Part shown: piece after piece, positions 25,469 through 36,839 of the stretch
Numbering within the stretch: position 1 is the first letter of the stretch
How the letters are laid out: every line of letters starts with the position of its first letter
Origin: Octopus sinensis
Taxonomy: Eukaryota
Reading direction: 5' to 3'
NCBI RefSeq assembly: GCF_006345805.1
Contig: NC_042999.1
Coordinates: 143,840,001 to 143,904,000 of the forward strand
DNA: 64,000 bases
Made by a program: the position numbers and the translations under genes
The notes under the pieces: generated by a model
Database searches by the model: none
Told to the model about the DNA's origin: nothing
What the model saw: only the letters and a program-made list of their open reading frames with translations

Positions 25469-26190
25469 TTTCCTGAACTTAGTGTTGCGCATGATTTAAT
25501 TATTACGTTTCCCTTTGAGTTGCATCTTGCGTTATAAGATGAGGAACATTTTGTATTCTCTGTATAGAATTATTTCTGCTCTTCATATATTTTCTTGCTG
25601 TATATTATAGCTTTTTCGGATAATTTTTACTAAACCTAGCAGACATGTCTTCTGCACTGCACCTATTTTCAGTTTAAGATATTTTTCAATACTTTTCCCC
25701 AGATGATTTGTTACTGCTCCCAAGGCTTCAATAAGTAGCATTATAATTTTGTTGACTTCTCTGTTCCAGAACATGGAGATTTCACAATTCAAGTCGGTAT
25801 ATTACCTTTTTTCTTATTTCCGTCTTTTGACCCTGGTGTCAAATGGGTATACCGCTTCGATTACAATACCTAGTTTCATTTTGTTGGCGATCAAAATATC
25901 CGATGTGTAATGTCCTATTCTTTCGGTTTATAAGGAAAGTTTCACAACGACCTCACTTCATCGTTCTCGCGGATTGCATTTCTTTTCCTGCAAAATGTTT
26001 ATAGCTTTCTCCTGTGGATGCAAAGCTCAATTTCCTACAAAAATGACTGTGTATTGTTGCAGTAAACTTATGTCAGCACTTTTTATTTTGATTCTGAGCT
26101 ACCTGCGGACATTCCGATGGGAATGTTAGCTATAATTTCATTTAAACCATCGTACATTCTATGTTTGCGTGAGCATATCTAACATTCTCT
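25469..26190 (-). mobile_element. R4/Dong LINE 3' fragment, decayed
   Basis: ECPQVAQNQNKK (CCHC/RHD region) and IGAVQKTCLLGLVKIIRK terminus, followed by (CAA)/(TAA)n. Confidence 0.75.
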
Positions 26191-27784
26191 CGATCCAATT
26201 TACTTTCAGAGCCTGTTCCAATGCTATTTACCCTAAAATCGTTCTGCTGTTACCTATCTCTTGATTTTGTTCCTGTGCTCTTTCCTTAGGGCCTGTTCCT
26301 GTATTATTTACGGTTAAGGACTGTGACTGTGCTATTCATCCTGAAAGCCTATTCCTGTGTCGTTTACTCTTAGGGCCAGTTCTTGTGCCAATTTACTCTT
26401 AAAAATTATTTGCAGTATTTGTACCGCTTCTTTACATTCAGAGTTTAAAACCCACCCATGACAACTTCCATCCCACCATGGTCGATAAAATAAAGTATTA
26501 ATCAAGTATTGGGGTCGATATAATTTGCTAAACCTTTCCCCTCAAGATTACTGACTTCATCCTATATTAGAAACCGATGTAAAATGTCGGTGAACTGGAA
26601 AAATCGTTAGAGGATTAGAAAAAGTGCTTTCCAGTATTTCTTTTGACTCTTTAAATTATGAATTTACCACCGAAGTCAGCAGGTAAACTCTTTGCCTTCC
26701 ATTTTTCTCGGTCAATAAAATGAAGTACCTGGGATCGATGGTATCGATTATTTCCCTGTCCTGTAATTACAGGTCTTGTGTCAAAATTTGAATTCATTAG
26801 TTTTATTATTATGTTTACAAGTGAAAGACGTCGATTTGGAGGTCGTCAGTTATTTTTTTTTATTTGAACAAAATAATATTAAAATATGCTTGTTCATTCA
26901 ATAACAAAATGCTGCAACTTGTAGCATTTTGTTATTAAATCAACTAGCATCTTTTGAGACTAGTTGGTTTTATGACATTTTCGTCCGTTTGGGGCGAAGT
27001 TTGAAAGTTTAAAATGCAACGGAATATCTTCCTTTTTTAAAAAAAGCAATATGAGTTCTCAAATCGTGGGAAGAAATTGCGCTTCCAAACGGTTTCCCAG
27101 CACTAAATATTGCAGTTAACATACAAGGTCCATGCCATCTAACAGCGTCACAGGGCACTGGACTGATCGGTTAAATTTGGTGGAGTCTGGTTTCAGAACT
27201 GAAATAACGTGATGGACGGGTTTCTGAGACTCACTCGAAAGTGGGCTAAGAGGAAAGTCGGACAAAGAAGCGAACGCCTACTCCTCGTTGTGACTTGCTT
27301 CGTTTCTCAAATGGATAGACTGGAAAGTTTTCGTTTTCGCTTTCTGTAGAAAGAATGCATTCCATTTGTTAGATGTCCCATTTGCTGTCATACCTGCTGA
27401 GAAAACGGGCATGCTTTCGTTAATAATGCGTAGACAAGCGCCGAGGTAGCAACATCTCCAGCTTTTCCTTGACGGTGAACAGATGAGGACACCATCTACC
27501 AAACACGTTCTTTTTCCAAGCTCATCATCTCGTGTCTTTGATAGAGCTGTGGTCCTGCCTGGGTCTAGCGTAGACCGAGGTGGGGACCCTGGCGTATAAA
27601 GTGTCATCCGGTACTCACAGTCTCAACCAATTGTGCAGTGCAATCGCTAAAAGTTCTACCACTGACGTTCTATGCGATGAAAGTTTTGGAGATCGATAAA
27701 TTAAGTACCAGTGAAATACTGGGATCAATATGATCGATTAGTCCCCTCCCCCAAATTTCAAGCCCTGTGCCTTTAGTAGAAAGG

Positions 27785-27835
<51 letters not shown>

Positions 27836-27837
<2 letters not shown>

Positions 27838-28297
27838 GATGGGCTACAGCAAATATTCTGCTCAATACCACAGATTTGCTTGTCAGTTGTTTGACCTTAA
27901 CCAGTTGAGCATGTCCCTTAGTGGCTGACGATATGTGCATCTCTGATCACGAACAGAAGTAGTGGGGGAGCATCATAGCCATGTGTTGAGAGGGATTCTT
28001 TGGGGTTTGAATAGTTCACCTCTGGAACATGGGTGGTTCTTTCAACATCCTTAACAACCCTTATTTAGGGACCGTTTGAGCGGGATGGGCTACTCAACCT
28101 GAAGAAAATTCTAACTGGGCCCCACCTGCAAGGTCATGTGCTGTTTATCTTGATATGAGATCACCATGTCGCGCACATATGGTTGTGATGCATGTGCCTG
28201 GTGTACCTTTATCAGACGGGTAGTCATGATGGGTATATTGGGCTTCGTATATTTTACCCCAGTGTCACTTTGATGGCATGAACTGCTCTCTCACTCA
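27836..28297 (+). mobile_element. Non-coding TAA-flanked interspersed repeat, copy 1
   Basis: AGATGGGCTACAGCAAATATTCTGCTC...CTGCTCTCTCACTC between (AAT)n tracts. Four copies lie within 4 kb. Confidence 0.85.
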
Positions 28298-28302
28298 TAA
28301 TA

Positions 28303-28369
<67 letters not shown>

Positions 28370-28390
28370 TGTTATAATGTACATTATAAT

Positions 28391-28977
28391 TGTTATCATG
28401 TACATTGTTTTGTCTGGATAATGCCCTGATGCAGTACCAGACAGTGACTCTCATGGCTTCTAATCTTAACTGATTGGAAGTGTTATCATGTACATTGTTT
28501 TGTCTGGATATAAAAGATGGGCTACAGCAAATATTCTGCTCAATACCACAGATTTGCTTGTCAGTTGTTTGACCTTAAACAGTTGAGCATGTTCCTTAGT
28601 GGCTGACGATATGTGCATCTCTGATCACGAGCAGAAGTAGTGGGGGAGCATCATAGCCATGTGTTGAGAGGGATTCTTTGGGGTTTGAATAATTCACCCT
28701 TGGAAACATGGGTGTTTCATTCATCATCCTTAAACAACCCTTCTTCAGGGACCTTTTGAGCAGGGTGGGTCACTCGACCAGAAGAAAACTCTAACTGGGC
28801 TCCACCCGCAAGGTCATGCGCTGTTTATCTTGATATGAGATCACCATGTTGCGCACATATGGTTGTGATGCATGTGCCTAGTGTACCCTTATCAGATGGG
28901 TAGTCCTGATGAGTATACTGGACTTCGTATATTTTACTCCAGTGTCACTTTGATGGTATGCACTGCTCTCTTACTCA
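28391..28977 (+). mobile_element. TAA-flanked repeat, copy 2 (longer 5' end)
   Basis: Same sequence as copy 1 plus about 120 nt of 5' extension. The extension contains a 30-nt direct duplication, TGTTATCATGTACATTGTTTTGTCTGGATA (28391-28420 and 28481-28510). Confidence 0.85.
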
Positions 28978-29118
28978 ATAATAATAATAATAATGATTGT
29001 GATGATGATGACGATGATGATGATGATGATGATGATGACGATGATGATGATGATGATGATGATGATGGTGATGCTGATAATAATAATAATGATATTAATA
29101 ATGATAATAATAATGATG

Positions 29119-29206
<88 letters not shown>

Positions 29207-29278
29207 TATTATTATTATTATTATTATTATAATTTGTTGTTGTTGTTTCCTGAACTTAGTGTTGCGCATGATTTAATT

Positions 29279-29656
29279 AGCAGTGCATGCCATCAAAGTG
29301 ACACTGGGGTAAAATATACGAAGCCCAGTATACCCATCATGACCACCCGTCTGATAAGGGTACACCAGGCACATGCATCACAACCATATGTGCGCGACAT
29401 GGTGATCTCATATCAAGATAAACAGCACATGACCTTGCAGGTGGGGCCCAGTTAGAGTTTTCTTCTGGTCGAGTAACCCATCCCGCTCAAAAGGTCCCTG
29501 AAGAAAGGTCATTTAAGGATGTTGAACGAAACACTTTTTTCCAGAGGTGAATTATTCAAACCCCAAAGAATCCCTCTCAACACATGGCTATGATGCTCCC
29601 CCACTACTTCTGCTCGTGATCAGAGATGCATATATCGTCAGCCACTAAGGGCCATG
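29279..29656 (-). mobile_element. TAA-flanked repeat, copy 3 (inverted, truncated, chimeric)
   Basis: Reverse complement of copy 1, joined to Dong sequence on both sides. Confidence 0.85.
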
Positions 29657-30290
29657 ATTATCTGTTCTCAAGGGAATATTTGCATCTTGTGTTTCCTTCC
29701 AGGATTCTATTCTACTCAGATCCTGTTTTAAAGACTTCACTTAATTTTGTAGTTTCCTTTTCCACATTTTGTTTTTGGTTTTGGTTTGCAAGATTCTTTA
29801 TATGAGTTCGTGTGTTGAAGCATATTCTGTTGTGTCTGGGGTGAGTCATTTTCATTTTGTGCCTTATTATGTAACACACTCACCGGTAAAATTTCCACTT
29901 TTTTCTTATTTTTATTGTCCTAAAATTTTCGTTGCGTCTTGCAAACTTTTCAATCCACATTTGCTCTTTTTAAATCTTTCCTTGTGAGATATCTAATCCT
30001 CTAGTGACTACTACCCCTCCTGCATAGACCAATAAGTTAGAGCCTCCTATACTTTTAGTATCTATCCTACTGATAACAGAATCTATATTCCTAGTCATTT
30101 CTAGCAGCTTTCCTCTGTTGGTACCTTTTAACATTGACAATCTTTTTCTTACTTCTTTACTCATTACTTCCTAAAATCTTCTGATCTTCCTCACTTAAAT
30201 CACTTAAGATACTGGTGCCAGTTGTCCCTTCCTTGTTGGTAGCGCTTTTATTATTTTTTGCTTTAGGTTCTTCTCTGGTTTGAACTGTCT
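29657..30290 (-). mobile_element. R4/Dong LINE N-terminal ORF fragment
   Basis: RNIDSVISRIDTKSIGGSNLLVYAGGVVV resembles INNINLAVTELATE...ITELNDLIYVAATA in the 33-36 kb element. Confidence 0.6.
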
Positions 30291-30364
30291 CTTATGTTGT
30301 TGTTTGTCTTTTCTTTGTATTGTTATAATGATAATAATAATTATAATAATAATAATAATAATAT

Positions 30365-30797
30365 TGATCGACATGAGCATCCCCTGTGATCATAATATCT
30401 CAGCGAAAGAGTTTGACAAGCTCAGAAAATATAAAGACCTACTCATTGAAATTGAGAAAATGTGGCATCTCAAGGCGGTTACAATACCAGTGATCGTAGG
30501 AGCACTAGGAATGATCAAGAAGGGAACCGAAAATTATATGAGAATGATCCCTGGCTTACCATCCCTGCAAGAAGTGCAAAAGATTGTCTTAACTGGTACA
30601 TCACACGTATTGTCGATGTGAGAACTGTTGCTGCTCATGTATTTTAATTTAACTTAAAAAAAAGAAAAATTTTTTTTAAATGAACGAACTATTGAGTTTG
30701 GTTTAATGGCCTACCAATGTATACTATGAGTTTCTTTGTCCTAGGAGTCGGGAAGACACTCGGCAAGAAATGGAAGCAAATTTAAAAGAAGAAAAAA

Positions 30798-30800
<3 letters not shown>
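30365..30800 (+). mobile_element. R4/Dong LINE 3' end (RLE C-terminus and 3' UTR)
   Basis: IDMSIPCDHNISAKEFDKLRKYKDLLIEIEKMWHLKAVTIPVIVGALG...VQKIVLTGTSHVL, between (AAT)n tracts. Confidence 0.88.
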
Positions 30801-30848
<48 letters not shown>

Positions 30849-30876
30849 TATAATTATTATTATTATTATTATTGTT

Positions 30877-30907
<31 letters not shown>

Positions 30908-30974
30908 CTGTTGTTGTTGTTATCATTATTATTATTATCATTATTGTTGTTGCTTTTGTAGTAGTTGTTGTTAT

Positions 30975-31180
30975 TAAGGTGGCCAGCTAACATAATCGGT
31001 TCCATGGCAGGTGAAATGCTTAGAAGCATTTCGTCCGGCTTTACGTCCTGAGTTCTAATTCTATGGAGGTCGACTTTGCCTTTCATCTTTTCGGAGTCGA
31101 TGAAATAAGTATCAGCTGAGTACCGGGATCGATGTAATCGACTAATCCCCATTCCTAAGTTGCTGTCCTAGTGCCAAAAT
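30975..31180 (+). mobile_element. tRNA-derived SINE (abundant family)
   Basis: GAAATGCTTAG...GAGTTCTAATTC...GGTCGACTTTGCCTTTCATC...GTCGATGAAATAAGTA core. Relatives lie near 520-620, 11530-11760, 26420-26790, 27690-27790, 45520-45680 and 62770-63130. Confidence 0.8.
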
Positions 31181-31229
31181 TTGAAGCCGTCATCATCATC
31201 ATCATCATCATTATTATTATTATTATTAT

Positions 31230-31480
31230 TGAGTGAAAGAGTAGTGCAAGTAACATTGGGGTACAGATATACGAAATCCAATATAAACATCATGACTACC
31301 CGACTGATAAAGGTACACCAGGCACATGCATCACAACCATATGTGTGCGACATGGTGACCTTATATCAAGATAAACAGCGCATGGCCTTGCAGGTGGAGA
31401 CCAGTTAGAATTTTCTTCAGGTTGGGTAGCCCATCATACTCAAAAGGTCTCTGAATAAGGGTTGCTTAAGAAGGTTGAAC
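31230..31480 (-). mobile_element. TAA-flanked repeat, copy 4 (5'-truncated)
   Basis: Reverse complement of the 3' half of copy 1, ending ...CTCTTTCACTC-(AAT)n. Confidence 0.8.
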
Positions 31481-31510
31481 GATGTTATTATTATTATTAT
31501 TATTATTATT

Positions 31511-32935
31511 TTCAGTTTGACTCAGGTTCGGTCTTATTCCTGGTAAGATTTTTGTGGGTAGCAGGTTTACCTTAGGTATCCAAAAGCTCTCAGTAGTCTT
31601 TCAAGTGCTTAGAACCCTCCTGATAATCCTTGCTGTTGCTAAGAGACAGACTTTTTGAAGGAGCTCTACAGGGCATTCTATTCCAGTCTCCTTCAGCCGT
31701 TTGTCTATATATTTGCTTACTGTTCTCAATGCACCAATTATTATAGGCACGACTTTGATAGTTCTTATTACTCCAAATTCTCCCTATTTTAAATTTTAAG
31801 GGATTGTATTTTTATTGGTTTTTCGTCCTCTTTCTTTACGATCCTGGAATCAAACGTGCATGATGGGTCGATAAGTAAGCAACTTCGCCTTTCCTTATCG
31901 ATAATCGTTATGTCTGGTCTATTATTTTCTAATTTCTTGTCCGTTTGAATAGGAAAGTCCCACAATATCTTAGATTTCTCCGACTCAAGTACTTTTCTAC
32001 TCGATGATTATACCATGTGTTTCCAGCTTCAAATCCTCATTCCTGGCATAGTTTCCAATGTAAAATATTTACGACCTAGTCGTGCCTCCATTTCTTATAT
32101 TCTTCGTGTGCCATCTTAGGGCATTCTGCCACAATGTATGCCACTGTCTCGTTCCAAGTTTCACAGGTTCTACATTTTTTTGACATATTGATTCCCCCTT
32201 TTTAACCATGTGCCGGATTTTGTTCCACGTACATCTTCGGTGGCTCTTCAAAATTGACCAAGCGGAGGTTTCTCTTCAATCTGTCTGATGTGCTGTATTT
32301 GTATTTCATGTTTGTTCTTTTCTCCTATTACGCGCTTGACCACCTATTCATTATTCACTGTCTTTAATAATTTTTCTGTGCTGCTCTTTAAATACTCTAC
32401 TAGGTTCTTTCTTTCCATCTGTATACATTCTACTACTGCTACTAAACCTCTTCCACCTTAGTCTTTCCTCAAGTACAGCCGCTTGATATCAGCATTCGGT
32501 TGGTGGGCTCCATACATTGTCGGCAACTTTCCAGTTTTTTTTTGTCAAGTTTCTTTATATCGTTTTTGATCAAGTCTCTAATTCCAACTACATATCTGAT
32601 TAAGGCTACTTCAGTAAGATTTTTGAGTTCGGCTTTAACTGCAATAATTTTCTCACTCTCCTTGTGTACACCCTACTGGTAATTTGTTTCATTTCTTCAT
32701 TTTTCATTTCGTCTGCTTGCAGTATTCTCAAGTACCTATACCACTGTCCTTCTTCAACCGCTCTCATTATTTGCCTATTTGATATTTCAATTCCCTGGCT
32801 TCTTTCAAATCTTCCTCATTTCCTTTTCAAAATAGAGCACTTTTCTATCCCAAATTCCATACCTACGTCATTTGAGAAAATGTGGATAGTAGGTACAAGG
32901 CTTTCAAATTCTTTCTCATTTTTCACATAAACCTT
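31511..32935 (-). mobile_element. R4/Dong LINE 3' fragment (RT end, CCHC, RLE), decayed
   Basis: YRYLRIL...RLYLRKD.GGRGL...LWDFPIQTDKKLENNRPDI...VPIIIGAL...QKVCLLATARIIRRVL remnants, flanked by (TAA)n. Confidence 0.8.
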
Positions 32936-32954
32936 TATATATCATTATTATCAC

Positions 32955-32995
<41 letters not shown>

Positions 32996-33000
<5 letters not shown>

Positions 33001-33322
33001 TAGTTTTATTTTTATAGCGTGCTTTCACTTCACTACCGAGCACAGCTCTGTGTGCCTGGGTATGTGCTGTGATTTGTTGTGATGCTCTGATGGTTATTGT
33101 ATGGAAAGTGTTCTGCGTAGGTAGGATGTGTGCAGTGCCTAGTAGTGCAATTTTCTGTATGTTATACGTGTTTGTAAGTCCTGGTGGTTTTGTTATGTAT
33201 TTGTCTGAATATTTTTTTATCATGCCTAAGCACCTACTATGATAGGAATTGTTTCTGTTTTCAGATTCCACATTCTAGTTACCTCTATTTCCAGGTCTTT
33301 GTATTTTGAGAGTTTCTCCATT
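32996..33322 (-). mobile_element. 5'-truncated 3' end of the same Dong family as 33391-36787
   Basis: Near-identical to 33391-33715, separated from it by a TAA-rich tract. Confidence 0.9.
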
Positions 33323-33390
33323 TATTATTATTATTTTATTATTATTATTATTATATTCATTATTATATTATTTATTATTATTATATTTTA

Positions 33391-36300
33391 TTCAGTAGCT
33401 TTATTTTTATAGCGTGCTTTCACTTCACTACCGAGCGCAGCTCTGTGTGCCTTGGGTTGGTATGTGCTGTGATTTGTTGTGATGCTCTGATGGTTATTGT
33501 ATGGAAAGTGTTCTGTAGTAGGATGTGTGCAGTGCCTAGTAGTGCAATTTTCTGTATGTTTATGTGTTTGTAAGTCCTGGTGTTTTTGTTATGTATTTGT
33601 CTGAATATTTTTTTATCATGCCTAATGCACCTACTATGATAGGAATTGTTTCTGTTTCCAGGTCCACATTCTAGTTATCTCTATTTCCAGGTCTTTGTAT
33701 TTTGAGAGTTTCTCCATTTCTTTTAGAGACACGTTGTCATCTGCCGGTATTGATACATCAATTAGAAAGCATTTTTTTTCTTCATGATCTCTGACAACTA
33801 TATCTGGTCTGTTGGCCTTAATTTCTCTATCTGTGTGTATCGGCATATCCCAGAGTATGGTTGCTTTCCTCGTTTTCTGTGACCTTTTCTGGTGTGTGCC
33901 TATACCATCTTTTTTCTGTTGTTATTCCATAATGTTGGCATAGCTTCCAATGTATGTAGGTTCCAACTCTGTCATGTCTGTGAATATATTCCTTCTTAGC
34001 CAGGACTGGGCAGCTAGAGATAATATGATTTATTGTTTCTTGTCCATCTCCACATATTCTGCAGTTACTTGTAATATTTCTTTTCATTACATGTTTTTGG
34101 TATTTCTGGTGGGGAGGCTTTGGTCTTGTGCTGCAATTAAAAATCCCTCTGTTTCTGCTTTGAGTCCTGAGCTTCTCAACCATTGCTGGGATTTTTCTTT
34201 GTCTATTTCTTTTGCGTTTAGTTTAGTGCAGTATTTACCATGAAGGGGCTTTTCTTGCCATCGTTTTATCATGGCTCGTTGCTGTTCTATTTTTAGTTTG
34301 GATTTCATTTGTTTTATAGCTTTTGTTGTTTCTTCATCATCTTCTTCTTCTTCTTTGTGTTTATTAGGTGGTATGATTTCTTGTTTGTATTTGTCAGCTT
34401 CCTTAAATACTGAGAACAGTTTTTTGTTTTGCTCGTGTTTTGCTGCTATCTGGATCAGTTTTCCTTCCTTCTGAAGTAGGTATTTTTGCAGTCCTATGGT
34501 GGTTATTTTATAGTAGTTTTCCAGCTGTATAAGGCCTCTACCACCTTCTATACGTGTGTATATATAGTCTTTCTATGTCAGATTTTGGGTGATGCATCCT
34601 AGATCCTGTCATTATTTTCTTGTTTTCCTATCTATTTTGGACAGTTCATTTCGTGTCCAGTTAAGGATATTGAAGCTGTAACTTATAACTAGGACAGCTA
34701 AAGTGTTGATACCTATTATCTTGTTTTTAGCATTGAGCTCTGTGTTTAGTATTGATCTAACTCGTCTATAATATCTTCTTTTTATTTTCTCTTTCATTTG
34801 TGTGTGTTGTTTGTCTCTTTCTAGTTCATGGATTCCTAGTATTTGTAAGTTTGGCTTTGGTCTAATTCTTTTATTTCATTGGTTTTATCTAGTGTGATGT
34901 TGTTACTCTTAACTAGTTTTCCTCTTTTCATGGTTACTTTGGCGCATTTTTCTAATCCAAATTTCATATCTATTTCTTTGGTAAATCCATGAACTGTCTT
35001 TAATAGTGTTTCCAGCTGTTTGTCATTTGCAGCGTATAGTTTTAGGTCATCCATATATAAAAGGTGGCTGATCGTTTTGCCGTAACATTTATATCCGCAT
35101 CCAGTTCTATTTAGCATATCAGATAGAGGTGACAGTGCCAAGCAGAAAAGGAGTGGAGAGAGCGTGTCTCCCTGGAATATTCCTCTTCTAATGGGGATGT
35201 CTTTGGTTTTCATGAGTCCCTCTTTTGTTTGGAGGTGTAGGACTGTTTGCCATTTATTCATAGAGTGCTCTATGAATTTTATGATTGTTGGTGCTACTTT
35301 GTTAATGGCTAGTGTTTCGAGGATCCATGTGTGGGGGATGCTATCAAACGCCTTTTTGTAGTCAATCCAGGCCATACTGAGGCCTTTCTTCTTTCTGTGG
35401 CTGTCTTCAGTTACGGCTTTATTAATCATTAGTTGATCTTTACAGCCATATGAGCCCTTGCGGCATCCTTTCTGCTCTTCTGGGAACAGTGTGTTTTCGT
35501 CTAGGTGCTTGTTCAGCCTTTGCGATATCACTGCAGTAAATGCCTTGAACATAGTAGGGAGGCAGGTTATAGGTCTGTAGTTTTCTGGTTTTGTTGTTTC
35601 ATTTGATTTGGGAATGAAGATGGTTTACCCCTTCGTGAGCCATTCAGGCATTGTCTCTGGCTCTGCTAGTATGCTATTAAAGTTTTCAGCCAGCTTTTTG
35701 TGCATTCCTGTTAGATATTTCAACCAGAAGTTGGGGATCTTGTCATGCCCAGGTGCCTTCCAGTTGCTTAGTTTTTGCAGTGCCTGGGTGACCTCTTCAG
35801 TTGTTATGGGGGTCCAAAGTTGTTCAGATGCCGAGTTTGTTATTTTCATACTCCTTTTCTTTGGCTGTTCGTTCGCCGACCATATTTCTCTCCAGAATTC
35901 TTCCAATTCTTCTGCCGTTGGTGCTGCAGTGACTTCTATTCTATTTTTGCCCAGTTCTTGGTAGAACTTTTTGGGGTCGGAGTTGAACTTTTTGTTCTGT
36001 TCAAAGAAGCGTTGGCGTTTCTCGTACCGGCGGATCCTTTGAGCTTTGGCAAGGATATCTTGCTTCAGCTTTCTTTTATCTCCGGCAAATCTTTTTCTGT
36101 GATGTATATTTGCGGAGCATTTTTGTTCTCTTTTTGTTGCTTAGTAGCGTTGCTTGTTTGCTGATTTCATTAAGAATCGACAGGCCTTTTCTAATTTTTT
36201 TAATTTTGTTTTGGATGTTATTTATCCACAGGTTTGTTTGGGTGGTGGTACTCCTGTTTGGGCGGGTTTGGGTGAGTATCCAGCTTCTTTTGTGCCTGCA

Positions 36301-36785
36301 GTGGCTGCTACGTATATCAAGTCATTTAGTTCAGTGATATCACTTTTTTTGTTTCAGTGGCTAGTTCAGTGACGGCTAGGTTTATGTTGTTTATAATTGG
36401 TGTTGTTATTGCGTTTATTTTTATTCTTGGGAGGTATGGTCGGTGGTCCATTTTGGGCTCTGTGGTTTTCAGTTCTTTGATTATTTTATTTTTTATATTA
36501 TCATAATCATTAGGCTCCCCTTCGTTGTTTACATCGTGTTTGTTGGGAATGTTGCGTTTGTCTTCGTGTTTTACAGTTTCAGTGTTTATATTATTGGGCA
36601 TTGTTGTGTGGCTTCTATCTACATTTTCCTGGTGTATTTTTTCTTTTAAATGTTCTATTTCTATTTCTGATATTTTTTTGGCTTTGAGAATGTATCTTCG
36701 TACGTTAGCTAATTTATTAGGGTTCATTGCTGTATCCAAGTCTATATCTCTATTATTTTCCTTCCATATTTTATATGTATGTGTC

Positions 36786-36787
<2 letters not shown>
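33391..36787 (-). mobile_element. R4/Dong-clade non-LTR retrotransposon (RT, CCHC knuckle, RLE endonuclease), young, with frameshifts
   Basis: RT motifs AWIDYKKAFDS, GIFQGDTLSP, HLLYMDDLKLY; CRICGDGQETINHIISSC and RHDRV; NRPDIVV...IDVSIP...EKLSKYKDL. (TAA)n on both sides. Confidence 0.95.

Positions 36788-36839
<52 letters not shown>

Noticed and set aside
27905-28040. Type III hammerhead-like arrangement (GTC-CC..GG-CTGACGA...GAAACATG) in the TAA-flanked repeat
   Set aside because: Stem I is only 2 bp, stem II does not pair and copy 1 lacks the full GAAA; probably chance.
27836-31480. Regularly recurring repeats considered as a CRISPR-like array
   Set aside because: Units are hundreds of bp, variably truncated and in both orientations in a eukaryotic context, with no repeat-spacer periodicity.
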